From: an uncultured Desulfobacterales bacterium | Lineage (GTDB): Bacteria > Desulfobacterota > Desulfobacteria > Desulfobacterales > JAHEIW01 | DNA: 64,000 nucleotides | Direction of reading: 5' to 3' | NCBI GenBank assembly: GCA_947259495.1 | Contig: CAMYLV010000004.1 | Location: 128,685-192,684, forward strand | Part shown: positions 31,098 through 41,660 of the stretch, piece after piece | Position numbering within the stretch: position 1 is the first letter of the stretch | Layout of the letters: the number at the start of each line of letters is the position of its first letter | Position numbers and translations under genes: made by a program | The notes under the pieces: generated by a model | Databases searched by the model: none | The model's input: only the letters and a program-made list of their open reading frames with translations | Told to the model about the DNA's origin: nothing

Positions 31098-31292
31098 GTG
31101 ATACCGAAAATGAAACCAATGACCCAAAAACCAAATTATCAATTCGATTTTGAAATCGGCACCCTCGTGAAAAGCCCCTGCCGGCAGTGTCTCTACAGAC
31201 CCATTTTTCCCCGCTGCATGCAGACCTGCGACTTGCTGGAGAAAATTCACACCGTTTTGCAGGAAGTCGTGTCTTGCACCCGCCGGTCGTAA
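31098..31292 (+). CDS. small Cys-rich hypothetical protein
   Basis: 64-aa ORF (possibly starting at ATG 31110) with CRQC...C...C...C spacing. No recognisable family. Confidence 0.35.
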   Translation: MIPKMKPMTQKPNYQFDFEIGTLVKSPCRQCLYRPIFPRCMQTCDLLEKIHTVLQEVVSCTRRS

Positions 31293-31298
31293 TTTTTA

Positions 31299-31393
31299 TT
31301 CAGAAGACAGAGAACAGAACTCAGAAGACAGAATTCGGTGATTTTGGTGTTATATTGTAGATTTTCTGTTTTCTGTCCGCTGTCCTCTGAAAT
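31299..31393. repeat. CAGAAGACAG-type hairpin element, copy R2
   Basis: The left arm cagaagacagagaacagaactcagaagacagaa closely resembles the R1/R3 arm. The right arm ttttctgttttctgtccgctgtcctctgaaat is its imperfect complement. Located between the small-ORF stop and the recD stop. Confidence 0.7.
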
Positions 31394-31406
31394 TTGTCCT
31401 CCGGTA

Positions 31407-33275
31407 TCAAAAGCCCCACAATGCATCCCGCAAACCCGAGGTTCGCTGGATTTTTCTGGTCAAGGCACTGCGCAAAATTGCCGGCGTTCCCCAGATTGTT
31501 ATTTTCTGGCGCGCCCGGGTCAGGGCCGTGTAAACGAGCTCACGGGTTAGGATGGGAACATCTTTGTTCGGCAGGATCAACAGCACGTCGTCAAATTCGG
31601 ACCCCTGGCTTTTGTGAACCGTCATGGCATAGACGGTTTCATGCTCCGGGAGTTGATGCGGCAGGAAACGGCGGACACCACCGTCATTTGCGCGAAAAAA
31701 GACGACCCATTCCCTGTCCCCGGTACCGGCAGGCGGCAGGGTGACCCCGATGTCGCCATTGAATAATCCCAGCGCGTAATGGTTGCGGGTAATCAACACG
31801 GGTCGACCCGCATACCATGGATTTTCACCGCTCGTGTCCGGTTGGATCAAATTATGGCGGCTTAAAACCTGTTCTGCCAGGCGATTGATGGCGTGAACGC
31901 CCAGCGGGCCAATATTTAAGGCACACAGTATTTTGAAGCGTTCCAAACGGTGCAGTGCTTCGGCCGGGTCCCGGGTTGCCAGATAAGGCTGATAAGCGCT
32001 GACGATCTGCTCAGAAAGGGCTTCCATCAGGTAGGTGTCTGACTTGAGGTGTTGCCAGCTAAGGGATTTTTCAGCGGCATCACCCAGAATGCCCAGGGCC
32101 GCATCGGCATCGCCGCGATTAACCGCCCGGCTCAAAGCGCCGATGCCGCTTCCGGCGGCAAAGCGATAGCTCTTATGTAATACCACGATCGAATCTTGCA
32201 GGCCGGATTTCGCATCAGCCGTTTTTACCACCGATTCAATGTTTGCGGTGGTTAACTTCTGGATCCGTTTTTTTAGTGGGGCCGAAAAACCATGCATGAC
32301 GTCCCGGTCACAAATATCCCCCAGAACAGATCCCGCCTCAACCGAAGCCAGTTGATCTTTATCACCGATAAAAATTAACCGCGCATTTTCCGGGATCGCA
32401 CGCAGCAATTTGGCCATCAAGGCCAGATCGACCATGGAAGCTTCATCCACAACCACCACGTCCGCCCTTAGCGGATTCTCTGAGTTGTGCTGAAAATAGG
32501 GTGACCCTCTGATGGGCTTGAGCATCCGGTGAATTGTGAATACTTCGGAAGGAAACGCGGTTTTAATGGCAGCATCGCATTCCATTTGATCCGTGGCCGG
32601 TTCAAGGGCGGCCTTCAAGCGGGCAGCGGCTTTGCCCGTTGGTGCGGCCAGATAAATTTGAAGCCGCTGTCCGGCCAGCAGTTCGAGCAGCAGCGCCAAT
32701 ACTTTGGTGACGGTAAATGTTTTACCGCTCCCGGGCCCGCCGGTGATCACACAAAAATGCTTCAAACAGGCAACCGCCCCCGCTATTTTTTGCCAGTCAA
32801 TTTCCTGCTGTTCGGTTTTTGGAAACAATCGATCCAGAATATTCTTAAGATGCTGATGGTCCAGACCGTGTATCGGGTTTTCAATTCTGCGTTTAATTGA
32901 ACGTGCAATCGTATCCTCGTATTCCCAGTAGCGGTAAAGATAGAGACGATGGTTGGTATCCAGAATCAACGGGCGGATTTCACCGGGGCTGCCTACAGCC
33001 GGGCTGGCTTTCAGTTTTTCCAACCAGACTTCGAGTTGCGGGCATACGACCGCCAAACGTTCATTCTGTTCGTCAATCAGTTGTTTGCCGGCAACGGTTT
33101 CAAGACCCAGACAGGTATCGCCTTTGCCGGTCGCATGGCTCACCAGACCGGCGGCTAAAAATAGATCGGCATCCCTATCCGCTGAAAAGCCGCTGATAAA
33201 TTTTGCGAAATGAACATCGATAGCCGAAAGAAAACCCTTCAGTTGAAGATCTCTGATAACTGATTTTTGCATCAC
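31407..33275 (-). CDS. recD: exodeoxyribonuclease V alpha subunit
   Basis: Walker A GGPGSGKTFTV, Walker B VVVDEASMVDL, motif TVHKSQGSEFD. 4-nt overlap with the recB stop. Confidence 0.9.
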   Translation of the reverse strand: MMQKSVIRDLQLKGFLSAIDVHFAKFISGFSADRDADLFLAAGLVSHATGKGDTCLGLETVAGKQLIDEQNERLAVVCPQLEVWLEKLKASPAVGSPGEIRPLILDTNHRLYLYRYWEYEDTIARSIKRRIENPIHGLDHQHLKNILDRLFPKTEQQEIDWQKIAGAVACLKHFCVITGGPGSGKTFTVTKVLALLLELLAGQRLQIYLAAPTGKAAARLKAALEPATDQMECDAAIKTAFPSEVFTIHRMLKPIRGSPYFQHNSENPLRADVVVVDEASMVDLALMAKLLRAIPENARLIFIGDKDQLASVEAGSVLGDICDRDVMHGFSAPLKKRIQKLTTANIESVVKTADAKSGLQDSIVVLHKSYRFAAGSGIGALSRAVNRGDADAALGILGDAAEKSLSWQHLKSDTYLMEALSEQIVSAYQPYLATRDPAEALHRLERFKILCALNIGPLGVHAINRLAEQVLSRHNLIQPDTSGENPWYAGRPVLITRNHYALGLFNGDIGVTLPPAGTGDREWVVFFRANDGGVRRFLPHQLPEHETVYAMTVHKSQGSEFDDVLLILPNKDVPILTRELVYTALTRARQKITIWGTPAILRSALTRKIQRTSGLRDALWGF

Positions 33276-36200
33276 ATTAATTCTTCAAAACCCGGAATGA
33301 GTGCTCGTCCCAGAGCATTGATGAGCGCCGCTTCGGGCCGATCAAAGTAAATGCCGGTTTCCGGATTTCGGTGGTGATCGATTCCCCGGATAAATACGTA
33401 CAAAACACCGCCAAATTGGGCTTCATACCGAAAAGCGGGATTTCGCAGACGCAGATACTGGCAGAGCGCCAGCATGTAGAGATGATACTGCAGGACATAA
33501 AAATTAGCGCGCATCGCGTCGCCAAGCGCATCGGGTTGGTAACTGTCAAGCGTGGGACCCAGATAGTTGGATTTCCAGTCCACCAAAAAAAACCGGTCCT
33601 GATGCTGGAATACCAAATCCATGTAACCTTTCATAAACCCGCCGAACGGACTGAAAATCAGTTTTTCCAACCGGGCTGGAAAATTTCCGTTGCTCTCAAC
33701 GTGGCCGTGGCGTTTGAATACCGACTGCAACGTTGACGGCGTAACCGTGTTTAGCGGAAAATAAAATTCCATTTCATTGACGCGGTGTTTGAAATCAATC
33801 GCGGATAGAGTCAACTCCGGCTGGTCCGGCGTTAACGGAACATGGAGCAAATTGGCGATCGTCTCTGCAACGATGTTTTGCCAGGCGCTGTCAAAACCGT
33901 AAGCCTGCAGGGCACGTTGAATGGCTTCATTCAAAACCTCGCACGAAGCGACGGTGTAATCCAAGTGCTCCAATATATCGTGGAAAAAATTACCGGCACG
34001 CGATCCTTTCGGAAATGCAAAAATATCGTCGCCTGCTGCAGATTCCTGAGGATCGATCTCGTTTTGGGCGGTGTCTGTCAGGTGTCTGACGAGTTCACCA
34101 AGGGCATCGCGATCCGGCAGATCAATGTCGGCCATCTGCCGTGAAACCAGGGCCGAATAGCTGGAAACCTTCCAGTTGGTGTTAATCGTACCGGTAAAAT
34201 TTCGACAACTCAGCGTATCGGCTATATCGGGCTGCGCAAAAAAATGACGATCCGAAGCTTTTGGCAAAGGGATTACCTCGATGCTGCCCCGCGATTTTTT
34301 TTCCAATTGCGCCAGATCCGCCAGGCGATCTTCATCAGATTTGGCGTAAACCTGCCGTTTCAGGTCAGCCAGGACATCAGTGACTCGCTGATTCTTTTGC
34401 GCACCTGCGTCTGCATGCAGCAGATAGGCCAGAGCCGAAGATTCGGCCGTATTGATGCGCCCCCAGGCAAGGTAGCATTTGGATTTCGCGCGGGTTAAGG
34501 CCACATACAACAAGCGAATGTTTTCGGCCAGAAGCTCATTCTGGGCGAATATGAGGTTTGCGGCATAGGAATCCGAACCCAGATCCATCGTCAGGCGCTG
34601 GTTACCATCGGGTGTATCGGGTTGATGAAAAATGATTTCAGAATCCTTTACGAATGAGCCTTCCCAGCCGTAGGGGCAGAACACAACAGGATATTCAAGA
34701 CCTTTGCTTTTGTGGATGGTCACAATTTTTACTGCTTGCGCATCACTTTCCAATCGGAGTTGATGCTCCTCCAGACGCGGCGATTTGGGGTCGCGTTGCT
34801 CTGCCAGCCATTTTAAGACGCCGCGCAGGCCTAAATTGCGACGGGTGGATTCCTGGTGAATGATTTCTGCGAGGTGAAGCACGTTGGTGAGACGGCGCTC
34901 ACCATCCGCAAAAGACAACAGGCGTTGCCGGATGTTTTCCCGGTTCAATAACATTCGGAACATTTGCATAAACCCGGATCGCTGCCACAGTTGCGTGTAT
35001 TCGTGAATTCTGATCAGTTGATCTTCCCAGTGTTGGACGTACAGATCGGACGCCAGCAGGTCTTCGCCCCGGGCACCCATCATATCCATGGCCAGGGCTG
35101 CTTTGAGAAGCGCCGGGTTGTCCGGTTCGGAAATGCTCAGCAGAATTTTTTCAATTTCCTGGGCTTCACGGGAATCAAAAATGTTGCCGGTGCTGTAAAG
35201 AACTGATGGGAGGCCCCTGGCAGACAGACACGATTTGACAATCCGGGCCTGTCGGTTGGTTCGAACCAGCACGGCAATGTCACCGGGCTGCCAGGAACCG
35301 GTTTCGGCGCTGACAATCCGACAGATCTCTTCGGCGACCGCCTCGGCCATTAAGTGCACCGCTGTGGTTTTCGTTACCGGTTTATTCTGATCCGAATAGG
35401 CTCTTGAATCTAAATACCATATGGTCAACGGTGTTGCGCTGCTTTTTGAATCTGGCGTACGCATTTTTCCCGCCCTGGCCGGTTCAAAAGAAATCTCTTC
35501 AAAAAGAAACGGTCTTTTTAAATTTGAAAAGAGCGTGTTAACAGCGGTGATCAGATGCGGCTCAGATCGCCAGTTTTCGGTGAGGGTAAATTTTGTTCGG
35601 GCATCCCGGGCCGCTTTTAAGTAAGAAAAAATGTCCGCTCCGCGAAAGCTGTAAATGGCCTGCTTGGGGTCTCCGATCATAAACAGCAAGCTTCCCGGAT
35701 TTGAAAATAGCCGGGAGAAGATGTCATATTGGACACTGTCGGTATCTTGAAATTCGTCTACGAGCGCAGCCTTGTATTTTTGGCGGATGGCAGCCGCAAG
35801 CGGATTGCCTTTTTTTGAAACCAGGGCCCGTTTTACCAGGATCAGCAAATCATCGAAAAATTGAACGTTTCTTTCGGACTTGCGGGCGCTTAACTCGGAT
35901 GGTGCCGTGTCCAAAAGTTGCGTTTTCAGGTAAACCAGGTAATGGTCCAGCTCGGTTTCCAATTCAGCGGCACAACGGTTAAGTTCATCGCAGGTGACAA
36001 AGAAATCATGGACGGGTGGCGATTGGCCTTTACGGACGGCAGCCTGTAATTTTTGAGCGGTAAATTTTTCAAAGTTCTTGAAAAGCGGAAACCCTGTGCT
36101 GTTGGTTGATACATATTGTTCCATGGCTTCGATCAGGGATAAAATGGTCAGATCGCGCCTGGTCGTGGTGGCCGTTTTTTGAGCGGGTTTCAGGCTGCCA

Positions 36201-36925
36201 TACCGGGTGCCGCTCAATGACGGATCACGCAGGGCTTTTGCCACCGCCTGGCGCGCAGCGGGCCATTGATCTTTGACACGCCGATAGGCCTTGCGAAAAG
36301 CAGGGAGCGCTCTCAGATTTGGCTTACGGATCTGCGGTATGATTTCCATCTCAGCTGCCCCTATTTTGCCGAGTAGCTGTTGAAAATACGCCGGCCCCCT
36401 GAGCTTTTCAGTTAAATAACGGATACATTCCAGCGGCGCATCGTAAAAATGACGTCGCCAGAAATCTTCGGCCACATCCCGTTCCCACTCGGAAGGATCG
36501 GAAACAAGCTCGGTGTCAAACATATTTGCGGTTTCAAATGCGTGCTCAAACAGGATTCGAGCGCAGAATCCGTGAATGGTAAAAATGGGCGCTTTGTCAA
36601 ACTCAACCAGCGCATCATGGATCGTGGCAATGACCGCCGTATGGTCCGGCTGACGCTCAAGCAAGGCGATGAGCAGGGGTTCTTTAGCCGATCCTTCCGT
36701 AAAGGCTTTTTCTGCCTGACGCAGTTTGTTGCGAATACGATCTTTCAATTCCTCGGTGGCCGCCTTGGTAAACGTAACAACCAGAATCTGATCGACCTGG
36801 AGTTGTTTTTCCAAAATCAGCCTCAGGAACAAACCCTCAATAGTGTATGTCTTGCCGGTGCCGGCACTGGCTTCAATCAGATTGATGCCTTCTAAGGGCG
36901 TGTCTATGAGATCGAGAGGTTTCAA
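33272..36925 (-). CDS. recB: exodeoxyribonuclease V beta subunit
   Basis: IEASAGTGKTYTI Walker A, UvrD-like helicase motifs (VDEFQDTD, TIHKSKGLEYPVV), C-terminal PD-(D/E)xK nuclease (GYMDLVF...LVDWKSNYLG). 1217 aa. Confidence 0.9.
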   Translation of the reverse strand: MKPLDLIDTPLEGINLIEASAGTGKTYTIEGLFLRLILEKQLQVDQILVVTFTKAATEELKDRIRNKLRQAEKAFTEGSAKEPLLIALLERQPDHTAVIATIHDALVEFDKAPIFTIHGFCARILFEHAFETANMFDTELVSDPSEWERDVAEDFWRRHFYDAPLECIRYLTEKLRGPAYFQQLLGKIGAAEMEIIPQIRKPNLRALPAFRKAYRRVKDQWPAARQAVAKALRDPSLSGTRYGSLKPAQKTATTTRRDLTILSLIEAMEQYVSTNSTGFPLFKNFEKFTAQKLQAAVRKGQSPPVHDFFVTCDELNRCAAELETELDHYLVYLKTQLLDTAPSELSARKSERNVQFFDDLLILVKRALVSKKGNPLAAAIRQKYKAALVDEFQDTDSVQYDIFSRLFSNPGSLLFMIGDPKQAIYSFRGADIFSYLKAARDARTKFTLTENWRSEPHLITAVNTLFSNLKRPFLFEEISFEPARAGKMRTPDSKSSATPLTIWYLDSRAYSDQNKPVTKTTAVHLMAEAVAEEICRIVSAETGSWQPGDIAVLVRTNRQARIVKSCLSARGLPSVLYSTGNIFDSREAQEIEKILLSISEPDNPALLKAALAMDMMGARGEDLLASDLYVQHWEDQLIRIHEYTQLWQRSGFMQMFRMLLNRENIRQRLLSFADGERRLTNVLHLAEIIHQESTRRNLGLRGVLKWLAEQRDPKSPRLEEHQLRLESDAQAVKIVTIHKSKGLEYPVVFCPYGWEGSFVKDSEIIFHQPDTPDGNQRLTMDLGSDSYAANLIFAQNELLAENIRLLYVALTRAKSKCYLAWGRINTAESSALAYLLHADAGAQKNQRVTDVLADLKRQVYAKSDEDRLADLAQLEKKSRGSIEVIPLPKASDRHFFAQPDIADTLSCRNFTGTINTNWKVSSYSALVSRQMADIDLPDRDALGELVRHLTDTAQNEIDPQESAAGDDIFAFPKGSRAGNFFHDILEHLDYTVASCEVLNEAIQRALQAYGFDSAWQNIVAETIANLLHVPLTPDQPELTLSAIDFKHRVNEMEFYFPLNTVTPSTLQSVFKRHGHVESNGNFPARLEKLIFSPFGGFMKGYMDLVFQHQDRFFLVDWKSNYLGPTLDSYQPDALGDAMRANFYVLQYHLYMLALCQYLRLRNPAFRYEAQFGGVLYVFIRGIDHHRNPETGIYFDRPEAALINALGRALIPGFEELM

Positions 36926-37001
36926 TTAAGTGTGCTTTCCAGTTTCAATAAATCAGCGCTGGGAGGTTCTCAAAAAGGTTTCAAGATAGTACCAGAAGAA
37001 C

Positions 37002-37388
37002 TTATTTGTCTTCTTCGGTATAATAGACACCCGGTATCCAGCTTTTCTTAATTTTTGCGGTTTGGTTCGGGTCGCCCGGGTCTTCGTCGATAAACTTAAA
37101 GCTGTTCCATCCGATCCGGATCGTATCATTGTGCGCCAGTTTGTGGCGTGTGATTTTGGCACCATTGACATATGTGCTATTGGTGCTTTTCAAATCTTCG
37201 ATGTAATACTGGGGCCCGCCGCTGGATTCAGGAGGGTTTTCAAGCGTGATGACCGCATGTTTTGAGCTGACCACCGTGTTATCGATAAATATATCACAGT
37301 CCGGGTCGCGTCCCATGTGCAGCGTGGGTTTGTCCAATTTAAATTTTTTAATGGCCACACCTTCGTGCAGCTGAACCACCATTGCCAT
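37002..37388 (-). CDS. FHA domain protein embedded in the recBCD operon
   Basis: FHA signature LHMGRDPDCDIFIDNTVVSSKHAVI...YYIEDLKSTNSTYVNG...L.HNDTIRIG. 128 aa. It starts 15 nt after the recC stop and ends 76 nt before the recB start. Confidence 0.8.
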   Translation of the reverse strand: MAMVVQLHEGVAIKKFKLDKPTLHMGRDPDCDIFIDNTVVSSKHAVITLENPPESSGGPQYYIEDLKSTNSTYVNGAKITRHKLAHNDTIRIGWNSFKFIDEDPGDPNQTAKIKKSWIPGVYYTEEDK

Positions 37389-37403
37389 TGGTATCTCCTT
37401 TTC

Positions 37404-40400
37404 TCATTTATTTTCATGCAAAATCAGGGATTCGTTTTCCATCCGGGTGCCGTTTTCCAGCAAAGGCTCAAATATTGCTCTGGAAATCTTTGCAAACGAC
37501 GCATCCAGTGGATCGGTCATCTTAAAGCAGATATCAAAATAGGGATCTTCTGATTCGCCTCTAAAAAACTCATTGCCGACCCATTTCCGCCGGGCCAGAG
37601 TCATGGCCGCATTTTCCGATTTGCCGTTGATCTGTTGCTGTTGAATATATTCCAGGGATGTGGCCGGAAACAAATGCAGCGGCTTTTCCATTCCCGCTTT
37701 AAATGTGTCGAGCAGCTCTGCAAGCAATTTTCGTGGGTGCTTAACGGGGTGAAACTGCCAGACCGAATTTTTAAATATCATAACACTTGTCTGCGGCCAA
37801 TCCCTCTGAGCCAGCTCGCAAAACGTTAGATGGTAAATCCACAATCGCAGTAAATCCTGCGCGCGCTGATTGGCATAGCGGTACTCAACAAGCCCGCGAT
37901 CATAAATTTCCGGCAACCGCACCAGCAGGTTCACTTCACCCATATCGATTTGCACTTCTAACGGCCCGGCAATTCTCCTTTCTTTATTGGACTCGACCCT
38001 GCTGGCAAATTGCTCTACCGCTCTGCTCATTTCATTATAGAGCAAGGTGCCGACGTTTCCATGCGGAAATTGGCCCCTGGCCATTTGGGCCGGCCGGCAC
38101 GCGTTCAAATCATTGCCTGTCAGGCGGGTGCGCACCAGGCTTTGACCCACCTGGAATTGATCCAGATTATTTAATTCAAAATCTTCGCGCCTTTCAGTTA
38201 AAGCGGTAGCCTGTTCCAGATAGATGCCCAGGCGCTGCTGGAGTAAAAATCGCGTTGGATGGCTGAAAAAGCGGCACAGCGATTCAATATCCAGCTCGCG
38301 CAGTTCGGCTTTTTCCGGTGCCGTCAGGGGTATGGTCCCGGTGATGAGTGGCGTTGCTTCTTCACGTTTGTGTACAAATTTAGCCGCATCGCAGTTTTCT
38401 GAGGAATAACTGAAAAGTTTGGGGTCCTGTCCAAAATACCGGGGGTCAAATGCCTGCAGGCAATGAAAACCGACCAGGTGTTCCCGGATGTTTTCCCCGG
38501 GCAATTCAAATCCTTGTTCAATCGTATCCAACAGCTCACTGACTAAAACCGATGGCGGAATGCGGCTGTTGTCCTGAATGTTTTGGCCCACGTAACTGAT
38601 ATAAAGTTTGCTGCGGGCCGAAATAAGCGATTCCAGAAATAAGTATTTGTCGTCATTTCTGCGTGAGCGATCGCTGGGTCGCGGGTGTTTGGCAATCAGG
38701 TCAAATGACAGCGGTTGAGAATCACGCGGGAATGTGTCTGAATTCATGCCCACCAGACAGATAATCTTGAAGGGAATACTGCGCATCGGAAGCATCGCAC
38801 AAAAGGTCACACCGCCCGTCATGAATCCGGATCCGAAGCGCAAGCTGCCCAGACGTCGCTCCAGGTAAAACCGAATCGGCTCAAATGCGAGTTTTTCATT
38901 AAAGGCCGCGTCGGTCTGGCGCCGGCTCAGGTCATCTATGATGGATCGCAAGCTTTTTATTTCCATTTGCGTTTTTTCGTCGGACAGAAAAAAATCATCG
39001 AGCATGCGTTTTAAGAGCGTGCTCCATGCGCGCAGCGTTTTGGGTCGATCCAGTTCATCGGCATGCCGAAAGACAGCGTCGCTAAAGTTCAAAAATTTTC
39101 CAAAGCTATGAATTTCATTACCTTCAACCGCATCATAGGGTAAAATATCGTCAAACATCCGCTGATTATTACCCGGCATGGCATAGCCCAATAGCAGTTG
39201 CCGGATGCCGGTATACCATGTATTTTCAGAAACTGCCGGAAGACCCAGTTTGCGGCGGTGGTCTGCGTCGATTCCCCAGCGAATTCGCGTATCGCGAATC
39301 CAGCGTTCGATGATTTCGATATCCGTGCGCTTGAGCCCGAATTTTTCACGGACACCGGGCGCTTCCAGCAGGCGCAGCACGCGCGCGACGCTGAATCGAG
39401 ATCCTTTAAGCTCCAGAAACGCAAAAAAGCCATCGATTATACGGCCCTGTCCCCGAACACTCTGGTCCGCTATGTTAAATGGTATGCGAAGGCGCGCATC
39501 TGGTTGAGCAGCAAACACGGCCTGAATATAAGGGGCATAGGTTTCAATGTCCGGTGTCATTACCACGATATCTTTCGGTAACAACTGCGGGTCTGCGGCA
39601 AACATGGCCAACAGGTTATCATGCAATACTTCTACTTCGCGCATCGGACTGTGGCAGCACTGAATTTGTATTGAAGTGTCCGACCTGTCTATCGGAAAAA
39701 CAGGCGCGCTGGCCGCTGCAGCCAAATGATCGGCTTGATCGTCCGGGCCGGATTGTGCCTGTCGGCGCTCTCTTAAATTTAAAATATCCGATTGAATGCA
39801 GCTCAGAAGGTTCGTGCACCCCGGGTCCTGGTAGCTTTCGTGCATGTGAAAATCAAAACTGCTGATCACGGTATGAAAATCTTTACCGTGAGCCCCCATG
39901 GAGGCCAGCAAACGGTTGCCCTCTTCCAAGTGCAGCTCCGTTGGGACATCGCTGGAACGCGAATAGGTGCGCCGGATGCGCTGCATTTGTTTTTCAGAAA
40001 CGATATCGCCCCAGTACTCCCGGCAGGGATTCAGCAGGAAAACATTCGTTTCAACAACCTGCGACAGGGCCACAAAAGTCTCCAGATGAAAAAGCGGCAG
40101 ATAGGAGATGCCAAACATAAATATGCGTTGCGGTAAACCTGAGAAGATTGCCGGTTCGGTTTTAATTTTTTCAATCAGATTGCGCTGCAGACCGGCACGC
40201 TGGCGGTTTTGCCGGCCTTTTAGCAGCTGCCGCCAGAGTTCGGCCTGCCAGTAATCTTCAGAACGCTCAGGGTCGGTGCCCGCTTCCCAACGAAAAACCA
40301 TTTCCGGTCGAAAAACTTGATACTGATCGTAAAGATCGGCCAGTTTGCTTGCAATCTGCAATTCCTTGAGGCGGGTGGTATCATCGGCAAGGTAGTTTTT

Positions 40401-40736
40401 GAGGCGTTCAAATCCGGATCCAGGGACGCATTCCGGAAGCACTTTGAGAATATGAAACATCAAAACATCCGGATCAAAAGGCGACGGTTCATCTTCGTCC
40501 GGCCTGAGTTGTTTGGCGATTTGATCCAAAAATGAATTGGGGAACGGAAAATGAATGTTGGCACAAATGCCGTTGTGCCTTGCAAGTTCCTGGGATATCC
40601 AGCGCTCCATACCGGCACTCTGAATAACAACAATTTCAGGCGCCAGCGCCATTGAGGCGGGCGTTTTCAACTGTTGCGCCAGTTGCGTTGCCAGTATTTC
40701 AAGTTTGTTGCTTGTAAAAATATTCAGGCCGGACAT
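37404..40736 (-). CDS. recC: exodeoxyribonuclease V gamma subunit
   Basis: 1110 aa with a RecC-like N-terminus (LNIFTSNKLEILATQLAQQL). Position upstream of recB-recD in one co-directional operon. Called mainly from size and context. Confidence 0.8.
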   Translation of the reverse strand: MSGLNIFTSNKLEILATQLAQQLKTPASMALAPEIVVIQSAGMERWISQELARHNGICANIHFPFPNSFLDQIAKQLRPDEDEPSPFDPDVLMFHILKVLPECVPGSGFERLKNYLADDTTRLKELQIASKLADLYDQYQVFRPEMVFRWEAGTDPERSEDYWQAELWRQLLKGRQNRQRAGLQRNLIEKIKTEPAIFSGLPQRIFMFGISYLPLFHLETFVALSQVVETNVFLLNPCREYWGDIVSEKQMQRIRRTYSRSSDVPTELHLEEGNRLLASMGAHGKDFHTVISSFDFHMHESYQDPGCTNLLSCIQSDILNLRERRQAQSGPDDQADHLAAAASAPVFPIDRSDTSIQIQCCHSPMREVEVLHDNLLAMFAADPQLLPKDIVVMTPDIETYAPYIQAVFAAQPDARLRIPFNIADQSVRGQGRIIDGFFAFLELKGSRFSVARVLRLLEAPGVREKFGLKRTDIEIIERWIRDTRIRWGIDADHRRKLGLPAVSENTWYTGIRQLLLGYAMPGNNQRMFDDILPYDAVEGNEIHSFGKFLNFSDAVFRHADELDRPKTLRAWSTLLKRMLDDFFLSDEKTQMEIKSLRSIIDDLSRRQTDAAFNEKLAFEPIRFYLERRLGSLRFGSGFMTGGVTFCAMLPMRSIPFKIICLVGMNSDTFPRDSQPLSFDLIAKHPRPSDRSRRNDDKYLFLESLISARSKLYISYVGQNIQDNSRIPPSVLVSELLDTIEQGFELPGENIREHLVGFHCLQAFDPRYFGQDPKLFSYSSENCDAAKFVHKREEATPLITGTIPLTAPEKAELRELDIESLCRFFSHPTRFLLQQRLGIYLEQATALTERREDFELNNLDQFQVGQSLVRTRLTGNDLNACRPAQMARGQFPHGNVGTLLYNEMSRAVEQFASRVESNKERRIAGPLEVQIDMGEVNLLVRLPEIYDRGLVEYRYANQRAQDLLRLWIYHLTFCELAQRDWPQTSVMIFKNSVWQFHPVKHPRKLLAELLDTFKAGMEKPLHLFPATSLEYIQQQQINGKSENAAMTLARRKWVGNEFFRGESEDPYFDICFKMTDPLDASFAKISRAIFEPLLENGTRMENESLILHENK

Positions 40737-40999
40737 GGGGTCAATTCCGCAACCAAACCTTGAAAATTAATAGTGGGGCGGCTGCCCGGGATTTGACCGC
40801 TGACAGTACGCCATATGCGCATCATAAGCGCGGACGACCTGTTTTGTCAATCGGTCAAACCGGTCCGGCCGGCAGAAAAAAGGTCTAAAAAACCGGACCC
40901 ATTATTTATGAAAAATTATCATGTTATGGCTTGATTTTTCTCCCACAGTGTCATATCCAAGTCAGGGATTATGTCTGCTAACCCTGACGAGGAGGAGCT

Positions 41000-41602
41000 A
41001 TGGGCCGCAAGGGTAGTTCTGCCGCATCGAAACCGTTTTGGAAAAGAGCTCTCAAACCCGCCATTCTTATTGCCGTCGGCATCCTCATCGCCTTTCCCCT
41101 ATTTAGCATGTCCTACTACACCATGGTGCGCACCTCCACGCCTGATTTTTGCGGATCATGCCACGAAATAAAGCCCGCGGTGGTGGCCTGGCGCTCTTCC
41201 ACACACACCAACAACGCTTCCGGTGTCGTTGTCGATTGTATGGACTGCCACCTGCCCGCGCCTCAGAACACCTTCGAGTTCTTCTTTGCCAAGTCCTACC
41301 ACGGCCTTAAGGACGTGGCCATTCATTTCTTTAGTGGAGAATATGACAGAGAAAAAGCACGCAATAATGCGTTGGCCGCTTTTGAGAACAGCCAGTGCCA
41401 GAAATGCCACCGCAATTTGCTCAACATGCCCTATAAACGCGGTGCCATGCTGGCCCACCGTTCAGTGCTGCATGCCAGACCGGGATACGAGAAGAAATGC
41501 GTCGATTGTCATTATGATCTGGTGCATTCCGAACGCGGTCTGGTGATGTTTCGCCAGACCCGCAAAGCGCCTTACCAGGCCAAAGGCCTCAGACAGCTTT
41601 AA
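41000..41602 (+). CDS. NapC/NirT/NrfH-family membrane-anchored tetrahaem cytochrome c
   Basis: N-terminal TM helix (ILIAVGILIAFPLFSM) and four CXXCH motifs (CGSCH, CMDCH, CQKCH, CVDCH). RBS GAGGAGG. Confidence 0.85.
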   Translation: MGRKGSSAASKPFWKRALKPAILIAVGILIAFPLFSMSYYTMVRTSTPDFCGSCHEIKPAVVAWRSSTHTNNASGVVVDCMDCHLPAPQNTFEFFFAKSYHGLKDVAIHFFSGEYDREKARNNALAAFENSQCQKCHRNLLNMPYKRGAMLAHRSVLHARPGYEKKCVDCHYDLVHSERGLVMFRQTRKAPYQAKGLRQL

Positions 41603-41660
41603 ATCTGTTTTTAGGGAACTTTTTTCTGCCATAAAACATCAACTGAAAGGAGCAAGACCC

